64,000 bases of DNA from Gammaproteobacteria bacterium (GTDB lineage Bacteria; Pseudomonadota; Gammaproteobacteria; Eutrophobiales; Eutrophobiaceae), in assembly GCA_965243205.1 (NCBI GenBank), contig CBDEUK010000002.1, positions 256,001 through 320,000 of the forward strand, written 5' to 3'. The notes beneath the pieces were generated by a model. It made no database searches. It saw only the letters and a list, made by a program, of their open reading frames with translations, and was not told where the DNA came from. Each line of letters opens with the position of its first letter. Position 1 is the stretch's first letter. Made by a program: the position numbers and the translations under genes. Shown in pieces: positions 49,336 through 61,016 of this stretch.

Positions 49336-49410
49336 TAATAATCACTTGAGAAAAAGTGTCAATGACTTGGTCAAAAAATAGCCAAATTTTAGTTATGGCA
49401 GTATAAGTTA

Positions 49411-51018
49411 CTAGCTCAGTTTGGAAGCTAGCATGGTATCGAGTAGTTCGAATGATTTATTCGGTTCAGGGTAATCTAGAGTGTAGTGCAGACCTCTACT
49501 TTCTTTTCGAATCATAGCTGATTGGACGATCAATCCAGCAATACAGATGAGATTCCTTAATTCGATAATATCTTGATTCAATTTAAAATTTCCATAATAT
49601 TCATGGACTTCTGAACGAAGCAGGTCAATGCGATGCTGTGCTCTTTGCAAACGTTTGGTCGTTCTTACGATGCCTACGTAATCCCACATAAAACGCCTTA
49701 TTTCATCCCAGTTATGTGATACCACAACTTCCTCATCTGAATCGGTTACTTGTGATTCATCCCATTCTGGTAGTACAGGAGGCGTTTCTACGTCCGGCAA
49801 TTGGCGGCAAATATCGTTATAAGCGGAATGTGCAAAGACAACGCATTCCAATAGCGAATTACTTGCCATACGATTAGCACCATGAAGACCTGAGCAGCTC
49901 ACTTCACCAATTGCATACAGTCCTTCAATATCAGTTTGCCCTTGATGGTCAATGACCACACCTCCGCAGGTATAATGGGCTGCAGGAACTACAGGAATCT
50001 GTTCTGTTGCCATATCAAAACCAAAGCTAAGACAACGTTCATAAATGGTTGGAAAATGTTCTTCTAAAAAAATTTGTGGTTTATGAGTTATATCAAGGTA
50101 TACATAATCATTACCTGAACGTTTCATTTCGTGGTCAATCGCTCTAGCGACGATATCTCTAGGGGCTAATTCAGCTCGTTCATCAAAACGAGGCATGAAT
50201 CTTTCTCCATTTTCTAGGCGTAAATATGCTCCTTCGCCTCGTAAGGCTTCTGAAATTAAAAAAGATTTTGCTTCAGGGTGGTATAAGCAGGTAGGGTGAA
50301 ACTGAATAAATTCCATATTAGCAATTCGACATCCCGCCCGCCATGCCATGGCAATTCCATCGCCCGTACTAACATCAGGGTTACTGGTGTATAAATAAAC
50401 TTTTCCAGCACCACCAGAGGCTAAAACCACAAATTTTGAGCGATGAACTTTTATTCTTTTATCACTATTATCATAGACATAGGCACCTAAGCATCGATTG
50501 TTTTTATAACCAATTTTTGAACCAGTAATTAAATCCACAGCAGTAGAATGTTCGAAAAGTTCGATATTCGGATTAGAACGAGCTAGATCTTCTAGGGTGG
50601 TCTCAATGGCTCTGCCGGTAGAATCAGCGGCATGTATAATTCGACGGTGACTATGTCCACCTTCTTTATGTAAATGATAGTCATAACTGCTATTAGGGTT
50701 ATCGGATTTCGTAAATTCAACACCTAGATTAATTAGCCATTCGATATTTTGTTTGCCATTCTCGACCACAAAACGTACGACATCTTCTTTACATAGGCCT
50801 GCACCAGCAACCAAAGTGTCTTGTACATGTGATTCAATTGAATCAAATTTGTCGAGTACAGCAGACACACCACCTTGTGCGTATAGGGTTGCTCCTTCAG
50901 AAAGCGCTTCTTTAGATAAAACACCTACTTTGGCATGTTTGGATAAGTGTAAAGCTAAACTGAGGCCTGCAGCACCGCTGCCTATAATAAGAATGTCATG
51001 AAGATATTGGTGTGTCAT
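49411..51018 (-). CDS. nadB: L-aspartate oxidase
   Basis: [33 protein letters not shown] and [13 protein letters not shown] motifs; divergent from rpoE. Confidence 0.97.
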   Translation of the reverse strand: MTHQYLHDILIIGSGAAGLSLALHLSKHAKVGVLSKEALSEGATLYAQGGVSAVLDKFDSIESHVQDTLVAGAGLCKEDVVRFVVENGKQNIEWLINLGVEFTKSDNPNSSYDYHLHKEGGHSHRRIIHAADSTGRAIETTLEDLARSNPNIELFEHSTAVDLITGSKIGYKNNRCLGAYVYDNSDKRIKVHRSKFVVLASGGAGKVYLYTSNPDVSTGDGIAMAWRAGCRIANMEFIQFHPTCLYHPEAKSFLISEALRGEGAYLRLENGERFMPRFDERAELAPRDIVARAIDHEMKRSGNDYVYLDITHKPQIFLEEHFPTIYERCLSFGFDMATEQIPVVPAAHYTCGGVVIDHQGQTDIEGLYAIGEVSCSGLHGANRMASNSLLECVVFAHSAYNDICRQLPDVETPPVLPEWDESQVTDSDEEVVVSHNWDEIRRFMWDYVGIVRTTKRLQRAQHRIDLLRSEVHEYYGNFKLNQDIIELRNLICIAGLIVQSAMIRKESRGLHYTLDYPEPNKSFELLDTMLASKLS

Positions 51019-51146
51019 CCGAGTTAATGTATGATTCGTGATAATTTGTGTAAGCGTTTGATCGAACGGTTATATTTTTTAGAATTGTACACAGTCTAGG
51101 CATAATAATTGAAACACACAATAATTAGATTTAAGGAAATGCCCTA

Positions 51147-51728
51147 ATGGGCGAGAAAGTAACAGATCAACAGCTCGTAGAAAGAGTCCAACAAGGTGAT
51201 AAAAAAGCCTTCGATTTATTGGTTCTAAAATACCAACAACGGGTCGTTAACTTAGTATCACGGTTTGTTCGGAACCATAGCGATGCTTTGGATGTCACAC
51301 AAGAAGCTTTCATTAAAGCGTATAGGGCATTGCCGAAATTTCGGGGTGATAGTGCTTTTTATACTTGGATGTATCGAATTGCAGTGAACACAGCTAAAAA
51401 CCATTTAGCTCAACAATCTCGCCGGCCGATGGAAACTGAACAAGATATATCAGAAGCGGAACATTTTCAGGGTGAGAGTGCTCTAAAAGACAATGCATCA
51501 CCAGAACGATTAATGATGCGTGATCAAATCCAGGAAGTTGTGGCGAAAACCATTGATAGTTTGCCAGAAGATTTGAAAACAGCTATCACATTACGTGAAT
51601 TAGAAGGCTTAAGCTATGAAGAGATTGCAGAAGTCATGGAATGTCCGATTGGAACGGTTCGTTCCAGGATATTTCGAGCCAGGGAAGCCATCGATAAGGA
51701 ATTAAAACCATTAATAGACTTTAGGTAA
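51147..51728 (+). CDS. rpoE: ECF sigma factor RpoE/AlgU
   Basis: DQQLVERVQ.GD..AFDLLVLKYQ, FRGDSAFYTW, CPIGTVRSRIFRAREAID. Confidence 0.97.
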   Translation: MGEKVTDQQLVERVQQGDKKAFDLLVLKYQQRVVNLVSRFVRNHSDALDVTQEAFIKAYRALPKFRGDSAFYTWMYRIAVNTAKNHLAQQSRRPMETEQDISEAEHFQGESALKDNASPERLMMRDQIQEVVAKTIDSLPEDLKTAITLRELEGLSYEEIAEVMECPIGTVRSRIFRAREAIDKELKPLIDFR

Positions 51729-51737
51729 CTGAAAACG

Positions 51738-52319
51738 ATGAGTAACGAGAAAATTGAACAAATATCTGCATTGATGGATGGTGAGATAGAAATTAATAGC
51801 CAAACAGTTATTGATTCTATAAATGACGAGGAGAGTCGACAAACCTGGACACGCTATCATTTAGTCCGTGATTCTTTGCAAGGCCAATTACCAGAATCAA
51901 TCGACATAAATCTTGCGGATAAAATTAGTGCGGCTATTGCTGAAGAGCCAACTGTATTAGCTCCGAAACCAAGTTCTCAACCTTCGTACATAAAACCAAT
52001 TGCTGGTTTTGCTATCGCCGCTTCTGTTACTGCTGCGGTATTAGTCGGTGTTCAGTCATTGCAACAGCCGAGTGGGGATATTCCTTCAGTACCTATTGCT
52101 AATACTCAACCAATCAATAGTGAATTGGTTCAAACAGTGACATTGAATGAACAAGAGCAACAACAATTCGCTCCTGCGGATTTAAATGATTCAGAAAACA
52201 ATCCAAATAATCCCCGCTTGAATCGCTATTTAATGAATTATAATGAGCTCAGAGCAAACAGTGCAGTACAAGGTATGCCGCCTTATGTGAGAATGATTGG
52301 ATATGAAGCGGATAAATAA
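51738..52319 (+). CDS. rseA: anti-sigma factor RseA/MucA
   Basis: ISALMDGE, W.RYHLVRD and AIAASV TM. Confidence 0.9.
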   Translation: MSNEKIEQISALMDGEIEINSQTVIDSINDEESRQTWTRYHLVRDSLQGQLPESIDINLADKISAAIAEEPTVLAPKPSSQPSYIKPIAGFAIAASVTAAVLVGVQSLQQPSGDIPSVPIANTQPINSELVQTVTLNEQEQQQFAPADLNDSENNPNNPRLNRYLMNYNELRANSAVQGMPPYVRMIGYEADK

Positions 52320-53316
52320 TTATAACAATAATTTCAAAATCATTAATTACTATAACTTCCTTCTAGCAGTATTCATCATGCTTAGCTGTGTTCAAGCAGC
52401 TAATGCTGATACTTCTCAACTAGCTCGTAGTTTGATCAACTCAATGTCTAAAGCAACTGATGAATTGAACTATGATGGGATCTTTGTTTTTAGCCGTGGT
52501 CAACAAATCGATACCATGCGTATTATTCATCATGCTGATACAAATGGATCGGTTGAACGATTATTTTCGATGAGTGGTACTGCGCGTGAAGTTATTCGTG
52601 ATGAAGAAGGTGTGAAATGTATTTTTCCTGATAATCAAAAAGTTATGGTTGATAAAGTTCGACCTAGGGAATTTATTTTCAGTCAATTACCAGAACCAAT
52701 TGAGCAAGTAGCACGATTTTATAGTTTTAGTGTTGCTGGTACTGATCGAGTTGCTGGTAGAGAAGCTTGGGTTGTTAATGTAATCCCAAAAGATACTTAT
52801 CGTTATGGATATCAATTATGGATTGATAAAGATAGTAACTTACTTCTGAAATCAGCTTTAAAAAATCAAAAAGGTCGTTCAATAGAACAAGTTATTTTTA
52901 CTCAGTTAGAAGTCTTGGAAGATGTTGATGAGAATCTGCTGAAACCAGAATTAGTTGGGGCTAATTATACTTGGCATGAAAGTAACTATGACAAAGTCAA
53001 TTCAGAGATTCAGGAAACAGACTGGTTGGTGAATTGGATGCCTAAAGGCTTTAACCAAACTGAATATGAGAAACAAGAATCACAAGATTCTAATTTTCCT
53101 ATGGATCATATTATCTATTCAGATGGTTTAGCTATCGTTTCAGTATTCATAGAAAAACTAGATGAAACCAGTGACTTTGCACCAGGTTTAACACAAATGG
53201 GCGGTATTAATGCTTTTACTGTTTCTTCAAGTGGTTATCAAGTGACTGCTGTTGGAGAAGTACCGAAAAAAACCGTTCAGCAAATGGCGATTTCCGTAAA
53301 ACGTCGTTCAAATTAA
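52297..53316 (+). CDS. rseB: RseB/MucB periplasmic regulator
   Basis: LNYDG.F, RVAGR, D.YRYGY.LWID, YSDGLAIVSVFIE, VGEVP. True start may be downstream. Confidence 0.9.
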   Translation: MDMKRINNYNNNFKIINYYNFLLAVFIMLSCVQAANADTSQLARSLINSMSKATDELNYDGIFVFSRGQQIDTMRIIHHADTNGSVERLFSMSGTAREVIRDEEGVKCIFPDNQKVMVDKVRPREFIFSQLPEPIEQVARFYSFSVAGTDRVAGREAWVVNVIPKDTYRYGYQLWIDKDSNLLLKSALKNQKGRSIEQVIFTQLEVLEDVDENLLKPELVGANYTWHESNYDKVNSEIQETDWLVNWMPKGFNQTEYEKQESQDSNFPMDHIIYSDGLAIVSVFIEKLDETSDFAPGLTQMGGINAFTVSSSGYQVTAVGEVPKKTVQQMAISVKRRSN

Positions 53317-53352
53317 TTTCTTAAATAGTTCATATAGATAGTTGGAGCATTC

Positions 53353-54816
53353 ATGAAAAGAGCTTATCTAAATCTTGTCGTGCCTAGATTTCTTTTTACA
53401 TTAAGTTTGATCGGGCTTGCAGTCTCAGTCCACTCAAGATCATTACCTGACTTTACACCTTTAGTTGAACAGAATGCCGCGGCTGTCGTTAATATCAGTA
53501 CCACTGTAAAAAATAATGCAAAAGGTGGAATGGCTCCTCATCAATTTAATTTGCCAGATGTGCCTGAAGATAGTCCATTCTATGACTTCTTTCGAAAATT
53601 TTTTGATGAAATGCCTGAAAATAATGGTGGACAACCAGCACCATTTGAAAAACGTTCTTCTTTAGGTTCTGGTTTTATTATTTCAGCTGATGGTTATGTG
53701 ATTACAAACAATCATGTTGTTGATAATGCTGATGAGATCATTGTGAGGTTAAATGATCGACGTGAGTTTGAAGCAGAGTTAATCGGCAAAGATAAAAAAA
53801 GTGATATTGCTGTTTTAAAAATTGATGGTAATAACTTACCAGTTGTAAAAATTGGCAATTCAGAAAAATTAAAAGTCGGTGAATGGGTATTGGCGATTGG
53901 TTCGCCATTTGGTTTTGATCACTCAGTGACTTCAGGAATTGTCAGTGCGATTGGTCGTAGCTTGCCTAATGAAAACTATGTACCTTTTATTCAGACCGAT
54001 GTTGCTATTAACCCAGGTAATTCAGGCGGGCCATTGTTTAATCTCGATGGTGAAGTGGTTGGTGTGAATTCTCAAATTTATAGTCGTACTGGCGGTTTCA
54101 TGGGGCTTTCCTTTGCTGTGCCAGTAAACGTTATGATGGATGTTTATGAGCAACTGAAAAACCAAGGTGAGGTGAGTCGTGGTTGGTTAGGTGTTTTGAT
54201 TCAGGATGTTAATGCGGAGTTAGCTGAATCATTTGGTATGGATCGACCAATTGGTGCATTAGTCGCACAAGTTATTGAAGATAGTCCTGCTGAAAAAGCT
54301 GGATTTGAAGTTGGTGATATCGTGGTTAAGTTTAATGGTGAATCTGTTGATTTTTCCTCTGATTTGCCGCCAATGGTTGGTATTAGCAAGGTTGGTGATC
54401 GAATCCCAGTTGAAGTGATTCGGAATGGAAAAAATAAAACCTTATACGTTGTCATTGCCCAATTATCAGATACCAGTGGTACTGGTACCGGTCAAACTTT
54501 AGATAAGCCAGAGCAAAAATCAAATAATGTTCTTGATTTAGTGGTTAAAGATATTTCGGATAAACAACGAGATGAACTGAAAGTGGACGATCACGGAGTT
54601 ATTGTTGAAGAAGTAACGGCTGGCCCTGCTCAAGATGCAGGCGTTAGACGTGGCGATATTATCTTGTTGTTGAATAATATTAAAGTGAAAGACTCTGAGC
54701 ACTTTCAGACAATTACTAAAGAGTTACCATTTGATAAGTCGGTACCGATTTTAATTCAACGGCGTGGTGGCCCAATATTTCTGGCGATTAAAATTGAAAA
54801 AGAAGAAAACAATTAG
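53353..54816 (+). CDS. degP: DegP/MucD serine protease with two PDZ domains
   Basis: SLGSGFII, TNNHVV, IQTDVAINPGNSGGPL. Confidence 0.93.
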   Translation: MKRAYLNLVVPRFLFTLSLIGLAVSVHSRSLPDFTPLVEQNAAAVVNISTTVKNNAKGGMAPHQFNLPDVPEDSPFYDFFRKFFDEMPENNGGQPAPFEKRSSLGSGFIISADGYVITNNHVVDNADEIIVRLNDRREFEAELIGKDKKSDIAVLKIDGNNLPVVKIGNSEKLKVGEWVLAIGSPFGFDHSVTSGIVSAIGRSLPNENYVPFIQTDVAINPGNSGGPLFNLDGEVVGVNSQIYSRTGGFMGLSFAVPVNVMMDVYEQLKNQGEVSRGWLGVLIQDVNAELAESFGMDRPIGALVAQVIEDSPAEKAGFEVGDIVVKFNGESVDFSSDLPPMVGISKVGDRIPVEVIRNGKNKTLYVVIAQLSDTSGTGTGQTLDKPEQKSNNVLDLVVKDISDKQRDELKVDDHGVIVEEVTAGPAQDAGVRRGDIILLLNNIKVKDSEHFQTITKELPFDKSVPILIQRRGGPIFLAIKIEKEENN

Positions 54817-54881
54817 AGATACTAATTATTAAAACATTCGGTTCCCGTAAACCGGGATATCCGTTAGAATCCGCTGTTTTT

Positions 54882-54906
54882 AATAGCCCATTTAATATGG
54901 GCTATT
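54882..54906 (+). terminator. hairpin between degP and lepA
   Basis: AATAGCCCAT-TTAAT-ATGGGCTATT followed by TGTTT. Confidence 0.5.
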
Positions 54907-54933
54907 TGTTTATTAGGAAGCCACAACTCGAAT

Positions 54934-56730
54934 ATGCAAAACATCCGTAATTTCTCGATCATAGCTCATATCGATCATGGTAAATCCACTTTAGCAGACC
55001 GTTTTATTCAAATATGCGGTGGTTTATCTGATCGTGAAATGTCTGCGCAAGTTCTTGATTCAATGGATATTGAGCGCGAACGTGGTATTACTATTAAAGC
55101 TCAAAGCGTGACCTTAGATTTCAAATCAGAAGATGGTCATACCTATCAGCTAAATCTCATTGATACTCCAGGGCATGTGGATTTCAGTTACGAAGTTTCC
55201 AGATCATTAGCTGCTTGTGAAGGTGCTTTATTAGTAGTTGATGCCGCTCAGGGCGTAGAAGCGCAAAGTGTTGCCAATTGTTTTACTGCGATTGAACATG
55301 ATCTTGAAGTATTACCCGTTTTAAACAAAATTGATTTGCCATCAGCTGAACCAGACCGGGTGATGAACGAAATTGAGGAGATTATCGGTCTAGATACCTC
55401 CGAAACTATTAATGTCAGTGCCAAAATGGGTACAGGCGTAAGAGAATTGCTTGAGCAATTAGTTAGAGTATTTCCAGCGCCGAGTGGCGATCCATCTAAA
55501 CCACTTAAGGCACTTATTATTGATTCTTGGTTTGATAATTACCTTGGAGTAGTCAGTTTAGTACGTATTGTTGATGGCGAAATGTCGGTACGAAAAAAAA
55601 TGAAGGTGATGTCTACTGGACGTGATTATGAAATCACTGAGCTTGGTATTTTTACTCCAAAAAGAGAATCCAGAGATAAGCTTTTAACCGGCGAAGTTGG
55701 TTATGTTGTAGCAAGCATTAAAGATATTCATGGCGTACCAGTGGGTGATACGCTAACCATGACGGATAACTCAGCGGATGAACCGGTTCCTGGATTTGAA
55801 AAGGTAAAGCCTCGGGTATTTGCTGGTTTATATCCAGTTGATTCGGGTGATTATGAAGCGTTTAGAGAAGCTCTATCCAAATTGAGATTAAATGATGCTG
55901 CGTTAAATTTTGAACCTGAGACATCACAAGCTTTGGGGTTTGGTTTTCGATGTGGCTTTCTCGGGATGCTGCATATGGAAATTATTCAGGAACGATTGGA
56001 ACGCGAATATGATTTAAGTCTGATCACAACAGCACCAACAGTAGTTTATGAAGTTTTAACTACTGCAGGAGATATTTTATATGTGGATAATCCTGCTAAT
56101 CTACCTAGCACTGATAAAATAGATGAAATTCGCGAGCCGATTGTTCGTACAGATATTTTAGTGCCACAGGACTATATTGGAAATGTGATTACTTTATGTA
56201 TTGAGAAACGTGGTATTCAGAAAAAAATCCAATATCTTGGCAATCAGGTTTCATTGACCTATGAACTGCCGATGAGTGAAATGGTTTTGGACTTTTTTGA
56301 TCGATTAAAATCGGTTAGCCGTGGATATGCTTCCTTTGATTATGCATTTATTCGTTTTGATGCAGCAAAATTACAGAAATTAGATATTCAAATTAATGGT
56401 GAAAGGGTAGATGCCTTATCTTGTATTGTTCATTATGATCAAGTACAAACTCGAGGTAGAGACCTTGCTGAAAAAATTAAAGAATTTATCCCAAGGCAAA
56501 TGTATGAAGTGGCAGTACAGGCCTCGGTTGGCTCTAAAATTGTTGCGAGACAAACCGTTAAAGCAATGCGTAAAAATGTGACTGCTAAATGCTATGGTGG
56601 AGATATCACTCGAAAACGTAAACTATTGGAAAAACAAAAGGCCGGAAAGAAACGTATGAAACAGTTTGGTTCGGTCGAAATACCACAAGAGGCTTTCATG
56701 GCCATATTACATGTAGGAAAAGACAAATGA
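54934..56730 (+). CDS. lepA: elongation factor 4
   Basis: [20 protein letters not shown]; C-terminal [14 protein letters not shown]. Confidence 0.98.
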   Translation: MQNIRNFSIIAHIDHGKSTLADRFIQICGGLSDREMSAQVLDSMDIERERGITIKAQSVTLDFKSEDGHTYQLNLIDTPGHVDFSYEVSRSLAACEGALLVVDAAQGVEAQSVANCFTAIEHDLEVLPVLNKIDLPSAEPDRVMNEIEEIIGLDTSETINVSAKMGTGVRELLEQLVRVFPAPSGDPSKPLKALIIDSWFDNYLGVVSLVRIVDGEMSVRKKMKVMSTGRDYEITELGIFTPKRESRDKLLTGEVGYVVASIKDIHGVPVGDTLTMTDNSADEPVPGFEKVKPRVFAGLYPVDSGDYEAFREALSKLRLNDAALNFEPETSQALGFGFRCGFLGMLHMEIIQERLEREYDLSLITTAPTVVYEVLTTAGDILYVDNPANLPSTDKIDEIREPIVRTDILVPQDYIGNVITLCIEKRGIQKKIQYLGNQVSLTYELPMSEMVLDFFDRLKSVSRGYASFDYAFIRFDAAKLQKLDIQINGERVDALSCIVHYDQVQTRGRDLAEKIKEFIPRQMYEVAVQASVGSKIVARQTVKAMRKNVTAKCYGGDITRKRKLLEKQKAGKKRMKQFGSVEIPQEAFMAILHVGKDK

Positions 56731-57536
56731 ATTTTGATTTTGCCGCTTTTTTAGTCTTCATGACCTTTTTGACAGGGAGTATTTGGTTATTGGATATATT
56801 AATCTTTGCTCGTTCGCGTAATAAACTAGCTCAAGAAAAATCGACTTTGACTGAACCTTGGCCTATAGAATTTGCAAAATCGTTTTTCCCAATATTTTTT
56901 ATTGTTCTAATACTTCGCTCATTTATTGTCGAACCGTTTAGAATTCCAAGTGCTTCTATGATGCCAACTTTACTGGAAGGTGATTTTATTCTAGTAAATA
57001 AAAATGATTATGGAATTCGTCTACCTGTTATCAATAAGAAAATTTTTGGTGAACATACACCAGAACGTGGTGATATTGTTGTGTTTCGTTATCCTGTTGA
57101 TGATAAAACACCTTTTATTAAACGCATTGTTGGTGTGGCTGGAGATGAATTGGTTTATAGGGATAAAACACTATACGTGAATGGGGTTGAAATAAAAGAG
57201 ACGCATTTAGGAGATTATACGGGACAAGATTCTAATAATTTAATGATGGCAGGTTCTCAAGTATTCGAAGAAGATTTAGACGGCGTGGTACATAAAATCC
57301 TTGAAGTGCCTGGCCGTCGCTCCAAAGATGTGAATGTAGTTGTTCCAAAAGGGCACTATTTTGTATTGGGCGATAATCGGGATAATAGCAAAGACAGCCG
57401 TTATTGGGAGTTCGTACCGGATGAAAACCTAATGGGGCGTGCTTTTATGATATGGATGAATTGGCGATCAGATAGTTTTTTTGATTTATCGAGTTGGAAG
57501 GTGGACTGGAAACGAATTGGCACAATGCTAAAATAG
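56727..57536 (+). CDS. lepB: signal peptidase I
   Basis: [34 protein letters not shown]. Confidence 0.96.
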   Translation: MNFDFAAFLVFMTFLTGSIWLLDILIFARSRNKLAQEKSTLTEPWPIEFAKSFFPIFFIVLILRSFIVEPFRIPSASMMPTLLEGDFILVNKNDYGIRLPVINKKIFGEHTPERGDIVVFRYPVDDKTPFIKRIVGVAGDELVYRDKTLYVNGVEIKETHLGDYTGQDSNNLMMAGSQVFEEDLDGVVHKILEVPGRRSKDVNVVVPKGHYFVLGDNRDNSKDSRYWEFVPDENLMGRAFMIWMNWRSDSFFDLSSWKVDWKRIGTMLK

Positions 57537-57579
57537 TATTGGAGCTCTAATAACTGCTAATAACCGGGAGTGACTTAAC

Positions 57580-57972
57580 ATGATGCATTTGAAATCGAAA
57601 CAACAAGGCATGTCCTTTTTAGGGATAGTTTTTTTAATATTAGTTTTTGTAGTATTTGGTGCTTTAGGCTTAAGACTCTACCCTTTGTATTATGATAAGT
57701 TCCAAATTATTTCAGCTATGCAGTCTGTTACTGAAAGAGCAGACGCGGCGGATTTAACACCAAGTCAGGTAAGAAGCTATTTTATGCGTAATATTGAAAT
57801 TACTAATATACGTCGTTTTACTGATGCAAATATAAAACAACATCTAAAAATATTAAAAGGTAAAAAAGGCGAGCCTAATCAAATGAAATTAAAATATGAA
57901 GCTGAAAATAAGTTTTTTGCCGATATATATTTTAATTTAAAGTTTGAAGAAACCATGCCATTGGGTAATTAA
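57580..57972 (+). CDS. DUF4845 family protein
   Basis: Pilin-like KQQGMS leader plus TM; conserved position between lepB and rnc. Confidence 0.75.
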   Translation: MMHLKSKQQGMSFLGIVFLILVFVVFGALGLRLYPLYYDKFQIISAMQSVTERADAADLTPSQVRSYFMRNIEITNIRRFTDANIKQHLKILKGKKGEPNQMKLKYEAENKFFADIYFNLKFEETMPLGN

Positions 57973-57988
57973 TATAATTAGTAGGTGA

Positions 57989-58672
57989 ATGATCAATAAC
58001 AGCAAAAAGCTTCTTTCAGCACTTAATTATCAATTTAAAGACACATCGTTATTAGAACTAGCTCTTACTCATAGAAGTGTCGGTCAACACAACAATGAAC
58101 GCTTGGAATATCTAGGTGATGCATTATTGGGATTTGTTATAGCTGATCATATTTTTAATCGTTTCAAAAATTCTCCTGAAGGTGAGTTAACTAGGATGCG
58201 AGCCAACCTAGTCAAAAAAGAAACGCTAGCAAAATTAGCTAAAAAATTAGATCTAGGATCACATATATATCTAGGGACGGGTGAAAAAAAGAGCGGTGGA
58301 TGGCGCAGAGACTCAATCTTGGCAAATACCTTTGAGGCATTGATTGGTTCGATTTATTTGGATTCTGACTTTCATACTTGTGAAAAATGTTTGTTAGAAA
58401 TTTATAAAGAATTGCTAGAAGAAATCTCACCTGATTCTCATACAAAAGACCCTAAAACTCGCTTGCAAGAATTATTACAAGCTAAAAAGTTAGCTTTGCC
58501 CATATATAATACTATTAAAGAGGAAGGCGAGGCGCACCTAAAGACATTTACTGTTGAATGTAAGATTGAATCAATAGAAAACACAATCATAGCTACAGGT
58601 CGTAGTAAACGTATTGCTGAGCAATCTTCTGCTGAGCAAGCGTTAGAAATTTTAGAAGAAGAGTTTTCATGA
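57989..58672 (+). CDS. rnc: ribonuclease III
   Basis: ALTHRS, NERLEYLGDA, DPKTRLQE dsRBD. Confidence 0.97.
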   Translation: MINNSKKLLSALNYQFKDTSLLELALTHRSVGQHNNERLEYLGDALLGFVIADHIFNRFKNSPEGELTRMRANLVKKETLAKLAKKLDLGSHIYLGTGEKKSGGWRRDSILANTFEALIGSIYLDSDFHTCEKCLLEIYKELLEEISPDSHTKDPKTRLQELLQAKKLALPIYNTIKEEGEAHLKTFTVECKIESIENTIIATGRSKRIAEQSSAEQALEILEEEFS

Positions 58673-59562
58673 CTAGTCCATCTCGTTGTGGTCATGTGGC
58701 TATTTTAGGTAGACCAAATGTCGGTAAATCTACATTACTTAATCGATTAGTCGGCGAAAAAATCAGTATCACAACTCGCAAACCACAAACAACACGTCAT
58801 CACATAGTTGGTATCAGTAATCTAAAACAACATCAAATTATTTATATTGATACTCCAGGTTTACAACAGTCGCCAAAAAGTGCAATTAATCGTTATATGA
58901 ATAAACAGGCAATGAATGTTATCAATGATGTTGATGTGATTATTTTTATGGTTGAAGCCAATAAATGGACTGAAAATGATTTAACTGTTTATCAAGCTAT
59001 AAAAAATAGTAATGCGAAAATATTATTATTAATCAATAAAATTGATCGATTAGATGATAAAGCAAATTTATTACCTTATTTACAAGAATTAAAGGGCGTT
59101 GTTGGTGATATGGAGCTCATCCCTCTATCTGCTTTATCTGATAGTGAGGTTCGAGAATTTGAGCTGAAATTAGTCGATAATCTACCTGTAGCAGATAGAT
59201 TGTATGACGAAGATCAAATTACTAATCGTAGTATGCGGTTTATAGTTTCAGAATTAATACGCGAAAAATTAATTCAGCAATTGGGGGATGAACTTCCGTA
59301 TGCAACAGCTGTAACAATTGATAGTTATAAAGAATCAGAGAAATTTACTCATATACATGCGACGATATGGGTAGAACGTCCAGGTCAAAAAGCTATCGTG
59401 ATTGGTAAGCAAGGAGCTGTATTAAAATCTATAGGTGAAAAAGCAAGAAAGGAAATAGAAAAAATGATAGAGCATAAAGTTCTGTTAGAGACTTGGGTCA
59501 AACAAAAAGCTAAATGGACAGATGACGAAAATATGCTTAGACAATTTGAGTTTGATGTTTAA
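58669..59562 (+). CDS. era: GTPase Era
   Basis: GRPNVGKSTL, PQTTR, DTPG, NKID, ELPY KH domain. Confidence 0.97.
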   Translation: MTSPSRCGHVAILGRPNVGKSTLLNRLVGEKISITTRKPQTTRHHIVGISNLKQHQIIYIDTPGLQQSPKSAINRYMNKQAMNVINDVDVIIFMVEANKWTENDLTVYQAIKNSNAKILLLINKIDRLDDKANLLPYLQELKGVVGDMELIPLSALSDSEVREFELKLVDNLPVADRLYDEDQITNRSMRFIVSELIREKLIQQLGDELPYATAVTIDSYKESEKFTHIHATIWVERPGQKAIVIGKQGAVLKSIGEKARKEIEKMIEHKVLLETWVKQKAKWTDDENMLRQFEFDV

Positions 59563-59572
59563 CTAATATTAT

Positions 59573-60286
59573 ATGCAAACTGATCTTAATCCTTGCTTTT
59601 TGCTGCATCAACGTGCGTATCGTGAAACAAGTTCTATACTCGATGTGTTTTCAAGAGAACATGGGCGAGTTGGTATTATTGCTAGAGGTATTAAATCTAA
59701 AAATAAAAATAACTTGCAAGGACTTTTGCAACCGTGTCAAAAATTAATGATGTCTTGGTCAGGCAAAGGTGAACTTCCAACTTTAAATAAAGTTGAAATG
59801 ATAAATCCTATTACACTTTCATCAAGTAGAATTATATTGCTTGGCTTCTATATAAACGAACTTATCGTGAAGTTATTACATAAAAACGAAGCACATATTG
59901 AATTATTTGATGTATATGAATCTACATTGCAAGAATTAATAGATGAAAATACAGAGCAACAGACTTTAAGGGTTTTTGAAAAACGGCTTTTAGAATCTAT
60001 TGGCTATGGTTTAGTACTTGATTATGATGCGCTTAATGAAATGCCAATCATTCCTAGCAACAGGTACTATTATTCCTTCGAAAATGGAGCAAGTCTTACT
60101 GCTCCAGAATTTGGTGAATACATTCAAATTAATGGAGAGACATTATTAAATTTAGAACAAGAGCTGTTCGAAACAGAAGATTGTTTACATGAAGCCAAAA
60201 TATTAATGCGTTATATTTTTAAAATGATTTTAGGACAAAAACCTCTGCTTAGCCGACAGTTATATCAATCTTATTTAAATGCCTAA
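59573..60286 (+). CDS. recO: DNA repair protein RecO
   Basis: LHQRAYRETS, GFYINEL, LRVFEKRLL, PLLSRQL; synteny. Confidence 0.93.
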   Translation: MQTDLNPCFLLHQRAYRETSSILDVFSREHGRVGIIARGIKSKNKNNLQGLLQPCQKLMMSWSGKGELPTLNKVEMINPITLSSSRIILLGFYINELIVKLLHKNEAHIELFDVYESTLQELIDENTEQQTLRVFEKRLLESIGYGLVLDYDALNEMPIIPSNRYYYSFENGASLTAPEFGEYIQINGETLLNLEQELFETEDCLHEAKILMRYIFKMILGQKPLLSRQLYQSYLNA

Positions 60287-60292
60287 ATATTT

Positions 60293-61015
60293 ATGAAAGA
60301 ATTGAAATTAGGAGTCAATATTGATCATGTAGCCACTCTGCGAGAAGCTAGAGGTGGTGCTTATCCTTCTACACTGGATGCTGCCAAGATATCTATTGAT
60401 GGTGGGGCAGATTCTATTACTGTACATCTTCGTGAAGACCGTAGACATATACAAGATCATGATGTCGAAGCATTAAGAAATGAAGAAGATTTAATATTGA
60501 ATTTAGAAATGGCGGCAACGGATGAAATGATCATGATAGCAAAAAGGATAAAACCTGATTATGTATGTGTTGTGCCTGAGAAAAGAGAGGAATTAACAAC
60601 GGAAGGTGGTTTAGATGTTGTTAACAATATGGATAAAATTAAAATACTTTGTGATAGTTTGAGTTCAAAAAATATTTTTATATCATTATTTGTTGATCCT
60701 GACTTAGCACAAATAACCACTGCAAAAGAAGTTGGCGCTGATACAATTGAAATACACACTGGTCATTATGCGAATACCGATAATAAATCGGCTGAATTAA
60801 ATAAGATAAAAGAATCAGCAGAGTTTGCCGAAAAAATCGGTTTGCAAGTAAATGCCGGGCATGGCTTAACGGTAGATAATGTTCAAGCAATAGCGGCTAT
60901 AAAACAGATTAATGAATTAAATATTGGCCATTCAATTATTTCAAGAGCAGTTTTTATTGGACTTAAAGAAGCTGTTAGAGAAATGAAAGAATGCATTAAT
61001 AAGGCAAGACATTGA
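60293..61015 (+). CDS. pdxJ: pyridoxine 5'-phosphate synthase
   Basis: LGVNIDHVATLR, HLREDRRHI, VPEKREELTTEGG, NAGHGL. Confidence 0.97.
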   Translation: MKELKLGVNIDHVATLREARGGAYPSTLDAAKISIDGGADSITVHLREDRRHIQDHDVEALRNEEDLILNLEMAATDEMIMIAKRIKPDYVCVVPEKREELTTEGGLDVVNNMDKIKILCDSLSSKNIFISLFVDPDLAQITTAKEVGADTIEIHTGHYANTDNKSAELNKIKESAEFAEKIGLQVNAGHGLTVDNVQAIAAIKQINELNIGHSIISRAVFIGLKEAVREMKECINKARH

Positions 61016-61016
61016 T

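Noticed and set aside
51019-51146. Sigma-E autoregulatory promoter upstream of rpoE
   Set aside because: No convincing GAACTT-N16-TCTRA match with correct spacing was found by eye.
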